From Oopsacas minuta (taxonomy: Eukaryota; Animalia; Porifera): a stretch of DNA of 64,000 nucleotides. Shown here in pieces: positions 34,893-49,200 of the stretch. The stretch lies in NCBI GenBank assembly GCA_024704765.1, contig JAKMXF010000339.1, forward strand, positions 124,001 through 188,000, in the 5' to 3' direction. A model generated the notes under the pieces. It saw only the letters and a list, made by a program, of their open reading frames with translations. It ran no database searches and was not told where the DNA came from. How positions within the stretch are numbered: position 1 is the stretch's first letter; each line of letters opens with the position of its first letter. Position numbers and translations under genes: made by a program.

Positions 34893-36099
34893 TTCTAATT
34901 GTATTAGCAATTCATAAATAGTCTATTTCGCTTAATCGGTATACTGGTTAAAATTTTGACTTAGCAGTGACTTAGCTAAGCAGATTGACAAAAAAATTCG
35001 TAAAATTTGGGCAAAATATTCACCTCAATTGAGACAATTTGACAATTGCATACCGTAAATCCTTTCCTTGACAACGGACAAACGACAATTGATATTTAAT
35101 AATTTACGAGCCTTTGGCTCATCGCTTCGCGATTAACTTGGAGCATTGCGCCTTGAGGTATCCATTAGTATCCAAATGGAGATTTGTACGAAAATTCACA
35201 CATATGACGAAATAAATATCACATTATTAACCAATGCTCAGCCAACATACATGATAGAGATTTGAAATTTGAATCATAGCCACCCTTCAATGTGACAAAT
35301 GATCTGGTGTCATAATTTTGGCCGAATGCAAACTCATCCCAGAATTTTTACGTCATCATGACTGTAGAAAAACATAAAAATTATCCAAAAATTTAGATCT
35401 CAGAATTTCAAAATAACTGAGTCATTAAGGGCCCAGATTAGTAACCAAAAACTACGTAAGAGCTGCAGTATTACCACAAAAGGCCATTTAATGGAATTTA
35501 GTTGGGACCATGGATAATAATATGAAAATTTCCACAAATTTTAACTCCGATGCACATTATGCTGTGCATATCTATGTTTTGTTAATAATACGAAACTATA
35601 ATTGATTCATTTATCGTACAGTGCTGTAGGTTCCGGTACGAGGTGCGGTGCTTCCCAATTCTGTCAATACAGCTAGATGGTGAATTGGTGAGATGTGATG
35701 AATGTCTCACCAATAATTTTTTGGTACCTACGTCCCTGTGGTCTACTGTAGATCTCGGGAACTGGTCCAAATATTTATGCTAAAATTCCAAGAATATTCT
35801 TAACTTGAATAGTGTATTTTATCTACATCTTGTGATTTATACTTGGAGATACACTCGTTTACATGGGGATAAACAATATTCTGTGAAGTTAGTTAACTGT
35901 CTTAAGATCATTTAAAGGGTCTGTATGTGCATAAATAGACTCAGCTAGCCTAGTGGTGTCGAACAAGGGGTCACCCGATATGTTTAGGCCAATTTTGAGC
36001 ATGGATTGTATTTATCGTTTAAAGTTCATAAGTAATAATAAATAGCAAAAAAACGAATGCACTTGTAGTTCATCCATGGTCCAGTTTTTTATTGCTGTT

Positions 36100-36480
36100 T
36101 CCAGTCCTTATATTACGTAGTTCACGGCTCAGATAAAATTGGCAAATGTAATCTTCATGCTTTAGACCACAAACTGAATTCACTATTCGCTGCTGACATA
36201 AACAAATTTTTAGCGAATTCTAACACTTTTACCTCTCGCAGTGATAGCCGTATTGTATTATACTACATACCTAATGGTGGATTACGGTTCTATACAGCTC
36301 TTTACAATCATTAATACAGCTTGTTAATTTCTCGAGGAAGATTGATAATATTAGAGATGAGATATTATTTCTTTGCTGTTTCAATAAAGCTAAATTTGAG
36401 CTGAGTGAACAGATGGATAAGATTGATGTATTGATTAGTTTATTACAAAATGAATGGAATATATTCTCTAAAGACACACA
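36100..36480 (-). other. exon-like fragments of an unidentified gene
   Basis: open, helical-looking frames with AG/GT boundaries (LENIFHSFCNKL..., IRLSLREVKVLEFAKNLF...); no family recognised. Confidence 0.25.
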
Positions 36481-37365
36481 GGTTTATCTTGTTGGGAATC
36501 AATCAGAAATGCATTTATTAATAAAAGAATAATAATAATTGAAATGTATCATTGGTTGTTTGGGTGGATTAAATGTCTACTCTACAAACTGGATGTCTCC
36601 AGTAAGGTGTAAGGTGCATACTTACCAACCCCTTGTAACTGTTTCTCTGGAAATTTTACTCTCAAAATTCCTGAATTTCGAATATTATATGCAAATTCAA
36701 ATCCCTTGATAACCCAGGGTCCCTGGATGGTTTGGAAAATATGAAGGTGAATCAAACCGAAGCAAAATTTGTGGGTCAGCTCCTGTCTGGTAAACGAAAT
36801 ATAGACTATTTAAATATTTCTAGTACTAGCTGAGTCAATCTAGCGATCGATTATATATCTCAACGAATATTATCGTAGTTGTGACTTTTTATCCAACAGG
36901 CCAACTCACCCGATTCAAATTTTTGGACCAGGGATAAGTCCCAAGTCCATTGAAATGATACAGGCATTTATTTTGTGATATTATTGAATTGGGCCCGACT
37001 AGGGCTTGAGAATAAAACAGTATATGTCTACAAAGTATTTCCAGGCTGAAATAACTTATCTAATTTCTTACATAGCAAATATGTTAGAAAATTGCTAAAA
37101 TTTTGAAATTCTATTAATTGTTCATAAAATACATTTCGGGGTTAAGGAATTTTTCCATGAGATCTAAGGATATCTCCACACAAATATCAAAGATTGTCCT
37201 AATAATTTCTGCACGTTCCAGAGACTTATAGTAGTGACCATGGATGACATTTATCACATTCGTTTGAAGCATATAATGGTATTTTATGTCCGGTCATGAT
37301 GGATATATTCACAAATCTATGTGATCCAACCACTTATCTACATTCTTATCAATAGCATATAATTT

Positions 37366-38586
37366 ATGATAATGGCATCAGCAATTCATGTATCAGATCA
37401 TATTCCATCTTCATTCCCAGATCTGCAAAAGAGATTGGATCGATTCAGAGAAGTTATCAAATCCAAAAAGTTAAGAGTTAAGAAGCTTAGTCAAGAAATG
37501 AAATATCTAATTTCAAATAAGGAAAATGATATGATTAGCCAGTTAGATAAAGCATGGGATGACGTCATCATTCAATTAGATGAATTTGAGAATAAAAAAC
37601 AAAAATTAAATAATCACAAGATGGAAATGGAAAAGCTCTTTCAAGAACTAAAACAATCTACGTCATCAATAGAGTCTGTATCCCTTTCTATAGAAGCAGC
37701 TATGAATGATTTAGATTTGAATATCCCTTATGTTAGTTTATTTTGGGCAATTGATGTCTTGGAAGATAGTATTGACAATATGTGTATTTATGAGCAACAG
37801 GACAATTCTATTCAAAAGAACACTGAATTTCAGTTGGAATTGGATAAATTTACAGATAGTCCTGAAGATCCTTGGGGTATAGCGATCGACTCTGCTAATG
37901 ATCTTGTTTATATTGCTGATAGAACTTTTGATAAAGTTAAGATATTCTGTAGAAATTATGGAACATGTATTGGCTGTATTGAAGGGGAAAAATTACAATT
38001 TCCAGAGAATATTATTCTAAAGCACAATTCTGTAATTGTACAGTGCAGTAAATCAATTCATAAAATCGATTCATTAACTCTTAATACAGAATTAACCATA
38101 CTTTCTGATTCATTATTGGCTGGTTTATGTATAGATTAGTTACACATGTATGTAGGAGATTACTACAATGTGAGTCTCGTGGTACTGAGTATGAATTTAA
38201 AAGAAGAGAGGAGAATAACTCTCAAAGGTGAATACTGCAAAGCTAATGAAACTCTGATAAAGTCCATCTCATTGGTTCAAGATGAATTTTATATTTTGTT
38301 TGTAAATACAGATTACCCTATACAAGCCTTGTCAATTGAGGGTATCCTTACAAGAACAGTTATACCTTTACAATTATTGAAGTTTCCTCGCTGCTTCTCT
38401 CTCGATCAACAGTTAAACGTTATAATAGGAGATGTAGATGACGTGAAGATATTCTCGAATGAAGGAAAATACATAACTAAGTTTGGGAGGTTTTCTGATA
38501 TATTTGGCTTAGTAGTAGATGAGTTAGGGTCTATTATTACTGTACAACGAGGATCCCCTGTGATACAAGAATTTAAAATAGTTTAA
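37366..38586 (+). pseudogene. coiled-coil + NHL-repeat protein with one in-frame TAG
   Basis: helical N-terminus, then PEDPWGIAIDSANDLVYIAD; ORFs 37366-38139 and 38146-38586 share a frame, TAG at 38137-38139. Confidence 0.75.
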
Positions 38587-38799
38587 TTAATATTTCACTG
38601 ACCTATATTTTTCTATCTCGATTGCTGTCTGATGATTTGTTTATTTATTCTGTTAGTGTTAGTGTTTGTTTGATTTTGAAAATTTACATTTTGTCGCTAC
38701 TCAATTGTGAATCCATCTCTCATTTACCTGAGTATGTTTTCTATTAGTTGTGATGTCATTCTCAGAACTATTCAAGTTTGTATAGTTGCTGAAGATAAC

Positions 38800-39010
38800 T
38801 CGCCCACCAGACCCCCACCTCTTTCACTCACAGACAGAGACCGAGGAGACTCATGATGAAGAAGACACTCCCCCCTCAGACTCCCCAGACAGCAACAAGT
38901 CCCTATTAGAGTGAGTACGTCAGGACATAATCCGTGTCTGTTTGAAGGACTACGGAGAGATAAGTGTTCTGGTGTTATACTGCAGGAATGGACATCTATT
39001 CTACAGACTC
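38800..39010 (+). mobile_element. possible LTR-retrotransposon pol 3' tail / LTR junction remnant
   Basis: Pro/Thr-rich stretch, RVST..., LKDY, then a purine-rich run and TGTT. Confidence 0.25.
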
Positions 39011-39132
39011 AGTCACAGACAGAGACCTACCAAGTTTAGAATTGTAAGGTATTACACTTAAATATTTAATTATACGCTACCTACTGTACTTTAATACTTA
39101 GTATTTGCTGTTGTTGCCTTTTGGATAATATC

Positions 39133-39476
39133 TATACTATTAAATCTCAATTTGTGTGTCTGTCTGTCACGCTCCCATATAGAAAACATATAGGTTCAGT
39201 TCATAAAGTCCAGAACCAAATATTACACAACATAACAACAACAAACAACATCATACTGGAGTAATTGAGTATGCTAGGTTCAAATATGATATTGTAAACA
39301 ACATTTCATAAATATTCGTTCACTTTTGGGTACATAAAGTAGGCAGATTTAAAGCTAATGTCAGTATCATGTTTGGAACTGTTAAGATTATGAGTTTAAG
39401 TACTCGAGGGCCGTAGGCCCGAGTGCGGACACTAAGTGTTCGCAATCGCGTAGCGCGAGCTAGCGAAGCGCGCTAG
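39133..39476 (+). mobile_element. non-autonomous Helitron-like element (344 bp)
   Basis: A|TC start, tgtctgtc microsatellite, GC-rich subterminal hairpin, CTAG|T end; similar 3' ends at ~2045 and ~61690. Confidence 0.6.
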
Positions 39477-39600
39477 TATTAGTTAAAATACATGGGTTAT
39501 GTATATTACGACTATCCATGTCAGTAAACATGAGTACAATGTAATTTTGAATCATGGTATCATCGTATAGTATAAGTATAATGTCGTATATACGTTTTAG

Positions 39601-40467
39601 ATGGTTTCAGGGCTGTTGGATATATGACATGTGTCTTAGTCCTGACAGTCACTCGTTACTAGAGGCCTGTAGTCACGGCATGCTCAAGATACTCTCTGTA
39701 CTTCCAATACTATTTGATAACTATCTATCTGATGACGTGTTAGAGACACGAGACATTGACATTAAAATCAATCTCAGGTAATGCACTTTTTAATGGGAAA
39801 TTATAATTTTAGTTCATTCATTTTGCCATATATTTCTCTTGTATTAGAAACTCAAATACACTGGAACTTCGTTTATACGAACACCAGCGGAAGGTCAAAT
39901 ATGTCTGCTTTAACCTGAGTTCGTATTAAACGGAGTAATACCAATTGAATAACCATTGTAGGGACCTGATTTAGTGTAAATATTTGTTCATCTTAGCCAT
40001 ATATGCATATTAATCGTGTTCACATTAACGAAGTTTCGCTGTATATTATTTTTACTGTTATAGTTCGTTAAATAAGGAAAGTTCCTTATTATTTCAGAAT
40101 TGGATTCAATACCGAGTGCCTTATGATATGATTTAATTGAAATTATGTTGCATTCAGGTCTTACGGTTGTCCTACCTGTGTAGTCTGGTGGAGTGCTAGG
40201 AATGGAAATAATTTCGGGATTATCGGGTTTCAGAAATGTACAATAGTAATCGTGGATATGAATAATAAAGAAATACAGAAGGTTATAGAACTGGGATCAG
40301 AATATACTCCAAGAGAATTCCAGCTAGAACGGAAGCACCACAACTCATCAACTAGTCTATTCATATCAACCACATGTAATATTCATTTCTGGGGTCTTCT
40401 AGAGACTGCTGAAGAGCAAAAACTTATTGGTACACTCATCAACGGCAAGTACCATGGATATAGTTAA
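39601..40467 (+). CDS. two in-frame exons of a WD40-like beta-propeller gene fragment
   Basis: exon 39601-39777 (ttttag/gtaatg) splices in phase to 40158: WIYDMCLSPDSHSLL...KINLR-SYGCPTCVVWW...IVDMNNKE. Confidence 0.45.
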
Positions 40468-40742
40468 AGTCCTGCTTATATAATTAGTTATATTGACTAG
40501 TGTATAGGAGCTAGCAGTAAATCTCGTGAATGTAGCAGCGATGAACAAATTGATTATTTGAGTAGACAAGAATCTATTTCTAATATTCTACAAAAGTCCA
40601 GCTCAGATACAGAATTCTCTTCTCAAACAATTTTAAGGTGTGAAATAAAAACAAGGAATAATATATAATATGGGAAGGGTATATTTGATTCAAATGTAAC
40701 AAAATAGTTATTACAAAGGAAAAGTAAACAAAGGTATGAATA

Positions 40743-41608
40743 TTAGTAAAATAGAAAATTATCAAAAATAATGAGATGATGTTCACCTCTATTACAAACT
40801 ACAATAACTCTTCCTCTGTTATCCACTGTAAAACCGTTTGCATGAGTTATAGGTATCCTGTGTATCAATTCTAATTGAGAGTTTAAAATAGAAATGGTGT
40901 TAGAAAAATTATTTGTAATAAGAACATTGTTGGAATTGTCAATATGGAAGGAACAATGAATAATCACCTGTAAGTTGTTACATCCAATAGAAATAACACT
41001 CTTATGTAGAATAAGATTGTAGTCGTATAGATGAAGACAAGGATCAGATAGATCAAGAATATAAATGAATTCTTTTGTAAGATTAACATCAATTGGAGAT
41101 TTGAGGTTATCTTGTCCAAACTGTGCCTTGAAGGTAAGTTCCTGGGACATTATCTGAATACGATGATTTCTAGGATCACATATGTATACCTCTCCGTTAG
41201 ATTCATCAAATGTCAGACCACGAGGATAATCAAATTCCAAATCTCCTTTCCCACGTTTCCCTTTTCTAGAAATAAACTCTCCATTCATTTGATAATTTAA
41301 AATACAGTGACTTTTTTGTGTAATCAGAATTCTATCTCTACATATAGCTACCCAACTGGATGACACATCTTTCCCTCTCCTTCCTCATCTCCAAATTTAA
41401 ACATAATCTTAGCATTACAATCGAATACTTTCACACAATTATTCAAACAATCTGCTACATAAATATATCCTGTAGAATTATCAATAGTTACTCCTTCTGG
41501 TCCATTAAGATATTCTAATTCCTCTCCCCTTTTACAAACACTGACTATAGGTTGTATCTTGCTCTTATAGTCTACAGAGAATATTCTCTCTAAAGTATTA
41601 GCTGCCAT
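40743..41608 (-). pseudogene. NHL copy 2, frameshifted
   Basis: paralogue of copy 1; 1-nt loss near 41355 (gggttagct to gggtagct), a second near the stop; start MAANTL. Confidence 0.85.
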
Positions 41609-41979
41609 TAGTTCAGTTCTGTAATTAGAATAATGAAACAATTCAAATAATATAACTTATCTATTTGACTATAAGTAATGAGCTCTAACTATAAATACAA
41701 ATCAATACAGAGACCTATACAGAGAGATATCAAATTTATATAATTATATGAATTTAAATAGAATACAGTATATTCTGCTATGCTCTGACATTCTCATATT
41801 TAGAGAAGTTATTCTCAGGCACTGGGGTCTTGATAGCAAAATCCCAAGATCCTAGTGTCCTAGCAATGTTTCTTGGATCCTAAGGTTCCAGAGGTCCCAG
41901 GTCAAAATTTTTTCCCAGGACCCTAAGGCCCTAGTCTAAATATTCGCTCCAGGACCCTATAATTACTAATGCAAATTTA

Positions 41980-42400
41980 ACTCTGTTCGAGCCTTTGGCT
42001 CATCGCTTCGCGATGAACTCGGCGCATGGCGCCTCAAAGTATGCAACGGACAAACAAACAGGCAAATAATAATTCATATTGACGAATATGGATGTTGTTT
42101 ACAATATTCAGACTCAGCATACTCAAATATACCACTTTAGTCGTTGAAAGTATGATTTGACCCCCTATTTTGAAATTTGTTTACTATATATTCATAAAAA
42201 TAACATACATTTACATATGATTAATCCAAAAGTGTGAAAATCGGATTCCGCATGTTCGATATATATAATGAAGTTTTGTTGAATTCTGAATACTGCCTTT
42301 ATACACACGAAAAATATGCTACAATTTCAAAATTGCATACCCTAAATCCTTTCCTTGACAACGGACAACAACCAGACAAATAAACAGACAAACAACAATC
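41980..42400. repeat. copy of the dispersed repeat family
   Basis: same gagcctttggctc / acggacaaac / taaatcctttccttgac blocks. Confidence 0.7.
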
Positions 42401-42454
42401 TATATTCCGATATCTCAATGATTATTTGTCCGTCTGTCTGTCTGTTTATTTGTA

Positions 42455-42580
42455 ACGATTGACTGGACTTTCTCTTCTTCACCTGCCTAGAGATATTGAT
42501 GTAGACATCAATGAAGTGATAGATGAGTTTAGGCGAATCAATCCAACGAGACTGCAATTGTCTAACATTTTAGCTGATTG
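42455..42580 (+). pseudogene. hAT transposase extreme C-terminus remnant
   Basis: RLTGLSLL...DIDVDINEVIDEFRRINPTRLQL*. Confidence 0.45.
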
Positions 42581-43823
42581 ATAAACATTAAAATAGTCAT
42601 TACTAAGTTTGATTTATTATCAAAGTATAGCTTAATAAATTTCAATGTCAATCCATATTACTTAGTATCCCCAAATAGTCTCGAAACGCTACTCCAGACT
42701 GTACTACTCCTAAACACACTTTACCAATTAACAATTTGAATTACATAACTCTGCGAGTTGTTGATATTGTTTAAAGAAATTCAAGAATTTGTACGATAAT
42801 CACATTCCGTAAAACATTCAAATCTCCTCTATCGAATGATATTAATCTCGTTAATTTTTTGACAAGAGAAAGTGTGTCAAATTTGTGACTGAAGTAAATA
42901 TGCAAAATATATCAAATATGCTGAATCTGATTTCACACATTTGAATTAAACATATCACAAAAATCCGACACAAGAAATTCTGAGTCAAAACTGACATATA
43001 ATAGTATTAACCTCTACAGGCATATCTTGCTGCATCCAACATCCACAGTTTATAATCTGATTCTGCACACGCTGGACATATGTTTTGTGACCTTCAACCA
43101 TTTTCGTTGAGACAAAAGGATCATGTTATCTATTCAGAATCAAACTAGGCAACTGAATTTTATCATAAACAATTCCTTCTCTCAAAAATCAGTAAATACA
43201 TTCCTGATAAAGTTAATAGGCTAGGGAAATGCACGCTTTTGTGAGAATGTATACAGAAAAGTTTGCATATCTTCATCAAGTTTTGTTAAACTTCACACTC
43301 GTTAAGTTGTGCGGATAATTCACGGCTGAAATTCGTTGCTGACTTCACACTCGTTCTAGGGAATTGGGTTCTAGGAACAAGATTGTTCCATAACTAGGAG
43401 CTACAGCACTCTCAAACAGTAGAGGCCTACCTTACCCCTGTTTACTTACTAGTTAGCCACGCGTCAGGAAGCTACTTCACAATGACGCCAGTACGAATGT
43501 CACACTTACCCTCCTTTATGATAATTCATGGGATTATCTAAAGATTTCTTGATATAGGAGGACTAGTTAGTACTGCCAGACAGAATATTCCGCGACTGTT
43601 CTAATTCACGCTGAAATATACTTAACGATTAAATATAAGAATGTCAGAGCATAGCAGAATATACTGTATTCTATGTAAATTCATATAATTATATAAATTT
43701 GATATCTCTCTGTATAGGTCTCTGTATTGATTTGTATTTATAGTTAGAGCTCATTACTTATAGTCAAATAGATAAGTTATATTATTTGAATTGTTTCATT
43801 ATTCTATTTACAGAACTGAACTA

Positions 43824-44658
43824 ATGGCTACAGCTAATCCTTTAGAGAGAATATTCTCTGGCGACTATGGCAGCGAGATACAACCTATAGTCAGTGTTTG
43901 TATAAGGGAAGATGAATTAGGATCTCTTGATAGTCCAGGAGGAGTGACTATTGACAATTCTAGGAGATATCTATGTAGCAGATAGTGTGGATAATAGTGT
44001 TAAAGTTTTCGATGGTAGTGGTAAGATTATGCTTAAATTTGGAGATGAGGAAGGAGAAGGGAAGATGTATGGTCCAATAGCGTTAGCTATATGTAGAGAT
44101 CGAATTCTAATTTCACAAAATTTCTGGATTTTGAATTATCAAATGAATGGCGGGTTTATTTCTAGAATAGGGAAACGTGGGGAAGGAGATTTGGAATTTG
44201 ATTATCTTCGTGGTCTGACATTTGATGAATCTAACGGAGAGGTATACATATGTGATTCTGATAATAATCGTATTCAGATACTGTCCAAAGAACTTACCTA
44301 CAAGACACAGTTTGGACAAGATAACCTCAAAACTCCTCTTGATGTTAAACTTAGAAAAGAATTCATTTATATTCTTGATGAATCTAATCCTTGTCTTCAT
44401 CTGTACAACTACAATCTTATTCTACATAAGAGTATTATCTCTAGAGAAGATGGATTACTGAGGATGAATCCATGGTACTTCTGTATTGACAATTCTAACA
44501 ATATTTATTTTACAGATTATTATTCTGACGAAATTATGCTCGTCGATTCTCAATTTTATTTCAAACACACGAAATTTATAGCTTCTCTTACCGGTATTAC
44601 AGTAGATAACAAAGGAAGAGTTATTGTAGTTTGTACTGGAGGTCTACATATGTTATGA
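43824..44658 (+). pseudogene. NHL copy 3, frameshifted
   Basis: 2-nt loss near 43960 (ctacaggag to ctaggag); rest of the frame open. Confidence 0.85.
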
Positions 44659-45329
44659 TAATTTTTCACTTTTGTTAGTGTTCATAGCTTTGTTTCTTTT
44701 TTCTTTCCTCCAATATTATGTATTATTCCTTATTGTTATTTCACATCTTATAGAGGATGCCTTTATGTTATAATAACGCCATAAGCCCGCATTCTATTTC
44801 TCTCTTTGCGATTAACGTTAAATAGCCAAAACTTCGATACGATATTCCCCATTATTCAGATATCATTAATCCCCCTCCTTTAAGGAGATGCTCAGTGGTG
44901 TTTTTCCAAATATCGAAGTAGGTTGTGAGTGCTCCTTATTTCAGTTAAGCTATTTCTTAGAAAACTTAGTGAAAAGGTTAGCCCCGCGCCCGCCTCCTAC
45001 CCCCAAGCACCACTAGAGATGCTTTGAGGACTAACAATGTATTATTGATCTAATATTGCCATATTTATCACATTTTTAGAGCCTTCATTACAGTCGATAT
45101 TAGTTATCGTATATGATGAGACTAGTAAGTGAATTATAGGTTAACGAGATGTCATGTACCATATGATAAGTTGTTTGTAGTGTAACAACAATTTTATGAT
45201 TACAACGATACAAACTGAATCATTACTAAATCGATGTTTAGGATTATTTATCCTCCAGTACTCTACTAAACTGTATTCAATGCATGACTACTAAATCTGA
45301 CTTCCAGTCAAAGGCAGGAATAGTTGACA

Positions 45330-45660
45330 ACTTATCAACTGTCCTGCTTTTGACTGGAAGTCCAAGGAAAGTCCAATGTCCATTGACATGTAAATATATT
45401 GTTGTTTTTGTGAATAGACAGGAAACAATTAGAAATATCTCAAAAATTACGTAGATACTTGCTCTCAACGGCAACAAAGGGGGTTCATCTTACAAAATAT
45501 TTCAATAATACATGTGTAATATACGCATATTTGTGAATTACATTGCGTTAAATATATCTATATTATAATACTCAAAAGGACCGTCAATTTTTGGAGAATA
45601 ATGGATACCTCGAGGCGTAATGTGGAGAGTTCATCGCGAAGCAACTACCCCAAGGGCTCG
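45330..45660. repeat. copy of the dispersed repeat family (reverse orientation)
   Basis: reverse complement of 30059-30330. Confidence 0.7.
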
Positions 45661-46235
45661 TAGTAATTTATAACAAAATTGTAATTATCCTATATAAGAT
45701 CCTCCGGCCTGAACTCGGTGCCAAACTTATTACTCAAATATACAAAAACTGAATTATATCAAAAGATCACAAAAATATTATCGCGAACCATGTACGCGAA
45801 ATTTTATCTACCAAAGATTCACATACAAAGTGAGGCGGCTCAGGCCGCCCCTCCTCCGCCAGCCCTGACAAGTATACTGCTGTACGTATTAAACCGGTAT
45901 CCACTATATAGAGTTCATTGCAATGGGAATTCCTTTTCTATAAACTCTATTATTCTTCAATTATCATACATCTACGTATTCGTTTCTAAAATTGGAAATA
46001 ATGGAAATGAAATATAATCAATATACCTAAGTTGACTATTTCATTGAAACAATTCGTTGCACATTTAGCCTTGTAAATCACAGAATATTTTATCACAACA
46101 GTTTTCAAGCATTTCTTTTTCTTCTCACATAGGTGGTAATCGATCATCTCAATTTTGTCGAGAAATCAATAAATATCGAGTAATACCTCATAAATGACTT
46201 CTCATAATTCTATCGGCGAATATTATATGTACTAC

Positions 46236-49200
46236 CATAGCATTCTATATACTAAGGCAATGGCACTCTATTGAAATTTTGGATCATGGATTGTCAGTAC
46301 CATCGACTTTCAAAGTATAATGTATTATCTATAGGTGTGATTCTACTGCTCCTAGTTAATTATTAATTATCAGTTTCAAATGATTTACCACACCCCGGCC
46401 TGATTTATTTAATATTAGAATATTAAAAGTCAACATAATAGATTTTAATAAGTCAAACCATATATTTAACAGTACAATACGTATATGTGGCATACAACAA
46501 ATAACATAATATATTCTCTTAGTAGTAGTAGCAGTAATATATTATACTATCATAAACGTCCAGCTGAACATAACAAATCGAATAACAATACAATAGCTTC
46601 AGTCTTCTATACAAACTTCTAACAGTAAAATGATCTATAAAAGAACAAAGGAAAATTATTTGTATTTTTGAGCTTAGTATTATCCCTATTTAACACCATA
46701 AAATTGTAATTGCGGATTCTCTTCGACAAGATTATATTTGACCATGTAACACACAATTTCTTCAATATTTCCCGATTCCAAACGCCACAGGAGCAACAAT
46801 CATTCCAAACATCAGTATATTTCTCTGAAATGATTGTCATAGAAATGAGTACCAACAAACTACGGGACTATGCAGAATAGAATTTCTTGCTGAGGAAATC
46901 ACAGTTATCTATCATCAGAAAGGCTTTATACAAGATAGTAACAGACTTTACTACACAAGAAGAAGGATATTTAAGAGAACCTCGATCTACTAAATTAATC
47001 AAAGTATATTGAGAACCAACGTCATTATTAACTTCTAGGAGTCTATCTGTTGTTAAAAGATCGTAACAAGATTGACAAGCATTTGACTTTTTTATGTAAA
47101 AAGAAGGCTGCATATCCTGCTATTTAGATGAGGCATTCAATCTGAGAAACTTCTAATTCAATGAGCGAGATATCATTCAATATATTCATATAAGGTTCTA
47201 TATCGAGTTGCTTTTCGTCACTTATAAACTCACAATCGTCTGCGAATTGCCTAGGGTATTCTTTTAGTGAAAATGTTATCTCCCAAACCATATTTTATGC
47301 CGTGAATTTTCAAACAAAAGACCTGGGTGATGATGTTATAACGTCGAGCATATTTATCAATGATTAGATATTTCAACTGATCGTGCAAAAAAGTAAGACG
47401 CATTCGTAAAGAAGCCTCAGCGATTTCGAAATATAATTTGGAATCAGTGTGCTCTAATGTATCAATAGCTTGACCAAGACTATGAATAGAGTTCTCCACA
47501 TTTTGTATCAGAGATGTCGCAGAGGTACGAGGGGCACTCGAAAAGTTTTGCCGTTTGATATGAAACCATTAATCTGTCGGATATTTTTCCGCATCCATCT
47601 TTTCAGACATATTTTACTAATCTACTTTGAAACTTTCATTCATTTCTTCTACTTTCATAAATTAGATAATTTTAGTATACAGGGCTTCTAAAATATCTCA
47701 ATCTAAATCAGATCTCACAAAACGTGATTTTCGAGCAATGATATTGATCTTATTCAAACTACAGAAGACAAGAGTAGAAATCTATGAATCTTTACAGGAA
47801 CATTTCCCAGATCTAGCTCCTTCTCAAAGTACAGTTGAACGATGGTACAGGGAATTTATTCACAGAAACTTTGTTCTTGAAGATGCCCCTCGTTCAGGAA
47901 GACCGAATATTTCACATAATGAAGAAAATGTCAACGATATGCTAGATCTAATTACTAAAGATCCTCATATTACGTACGCTCAGTTAGAGTATGAAACCGA
48001 GTTATCATCGGGGACAATTAATATCATTTTGCACAAGGAGCTTTGTGTCAGGAAGTTGTGTGTCCGATGGATCCCCCATTCTTTGAACTTTCAGCAAAAA
48101 TTATCCCGCATAGACTTTTCAAAATTATGCTCAAAAGGTTTGCTAATGGAAGTTCAAGAGCTGTTTCTGAGATCCTTACAGGTGATGAGACATGGATATA
48201 CCATTATGACCCAGAAACAAAGCGAATGTCAAAGGAGTGGGTTGAAGAAGATGCCCCACCTCCAACCAAAGTGTGGAGGGCTAGACCTGTTGGGAAACAA
48301 ATGTGGGCGATTTTTTCAGATCTAGTGGGTTTGTCGAAGCTGTTGCTCTCGAGGATAGAAAGACTGTTTCTGCCGACTGGTACACTACAGTGTGCCTACC
48401 CAAAGTCATCACAGCAATTGAGTCACAGCGGCAGAAGACAGGCATTAGAGGAATTCTTCTTCATCATGATAATGCTTCATCGCATACGGCAATCAGAACT
48501 CGTGAGTTTTGGAAAATTCTGGACTCAAAAACATTACCTCACCCACCCTACAGTCCTGATTTAGCCCCTTGCGACTTCTGGTTGTTCCCTAGACTCAAAG
48601 ATCAATTACGTGGGAGGAGATTTTCGACTAATGAGGAGTTGAGAGGGGCACTTTTCCAAGCGATCGGAGACATACCCAAAGAAGAGTGGAAAAAATGTTG
48701 ATAATTGGTTTACCAGAATGAAAAAATGTATAGATTGTCAGGGACAGTATTTTGAAAAAATGTAATAGTCAATTTTATTATTACTATCTGATATGTCGGT
48801 CAACATCAAAACTTTTCGAGTGCCCTTCGTATTTGTATTAGTACTTGGAGATATTTCAAATAAATCAACTTAATGGGTAATGTTTTCTAATAACCTGATA
48901 TCATTTATTGAGGAAGACGAGAGCTGAATTTTGTTCTTTTCTTTATAAAAAGACTTACAAAATACACTTTCATCGACAATTATATATCGTTCGATAGTGG
49001 AAACTTCGTTACAAAATTAAATCTTAAGAAATAGTATGTTAGAAGAATCAGGGCGATGGAAAAGCCAACCGTTTGGGAGTATGATCATGTGCAACTTAGA
49101 TATAATACAACTAAGACTCGAAATCATGAACATAGCTTCGGTCTCTTGAAATTCTGCTTGACTTTTCTTGTATACATGCTGCATCCTCTTCTCCTCTTTA

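Noticed and set aside
43020-43270. Cys-containing broken frame (CSFC...CPAC) on minus
   Set aside because: Possibly a transposon remnant but too degraded to assign
43791-43823. MFHYSxYRTEL N-terminal extensions on NHL ORFs (also 41641, 54415, 60402) and MLIQLE on 34910
   Set aside because: TTG starts chosen by the ORF caller; copy 1 has a 1-nt difference that breaks the frame; the ATG of MATA is preferred
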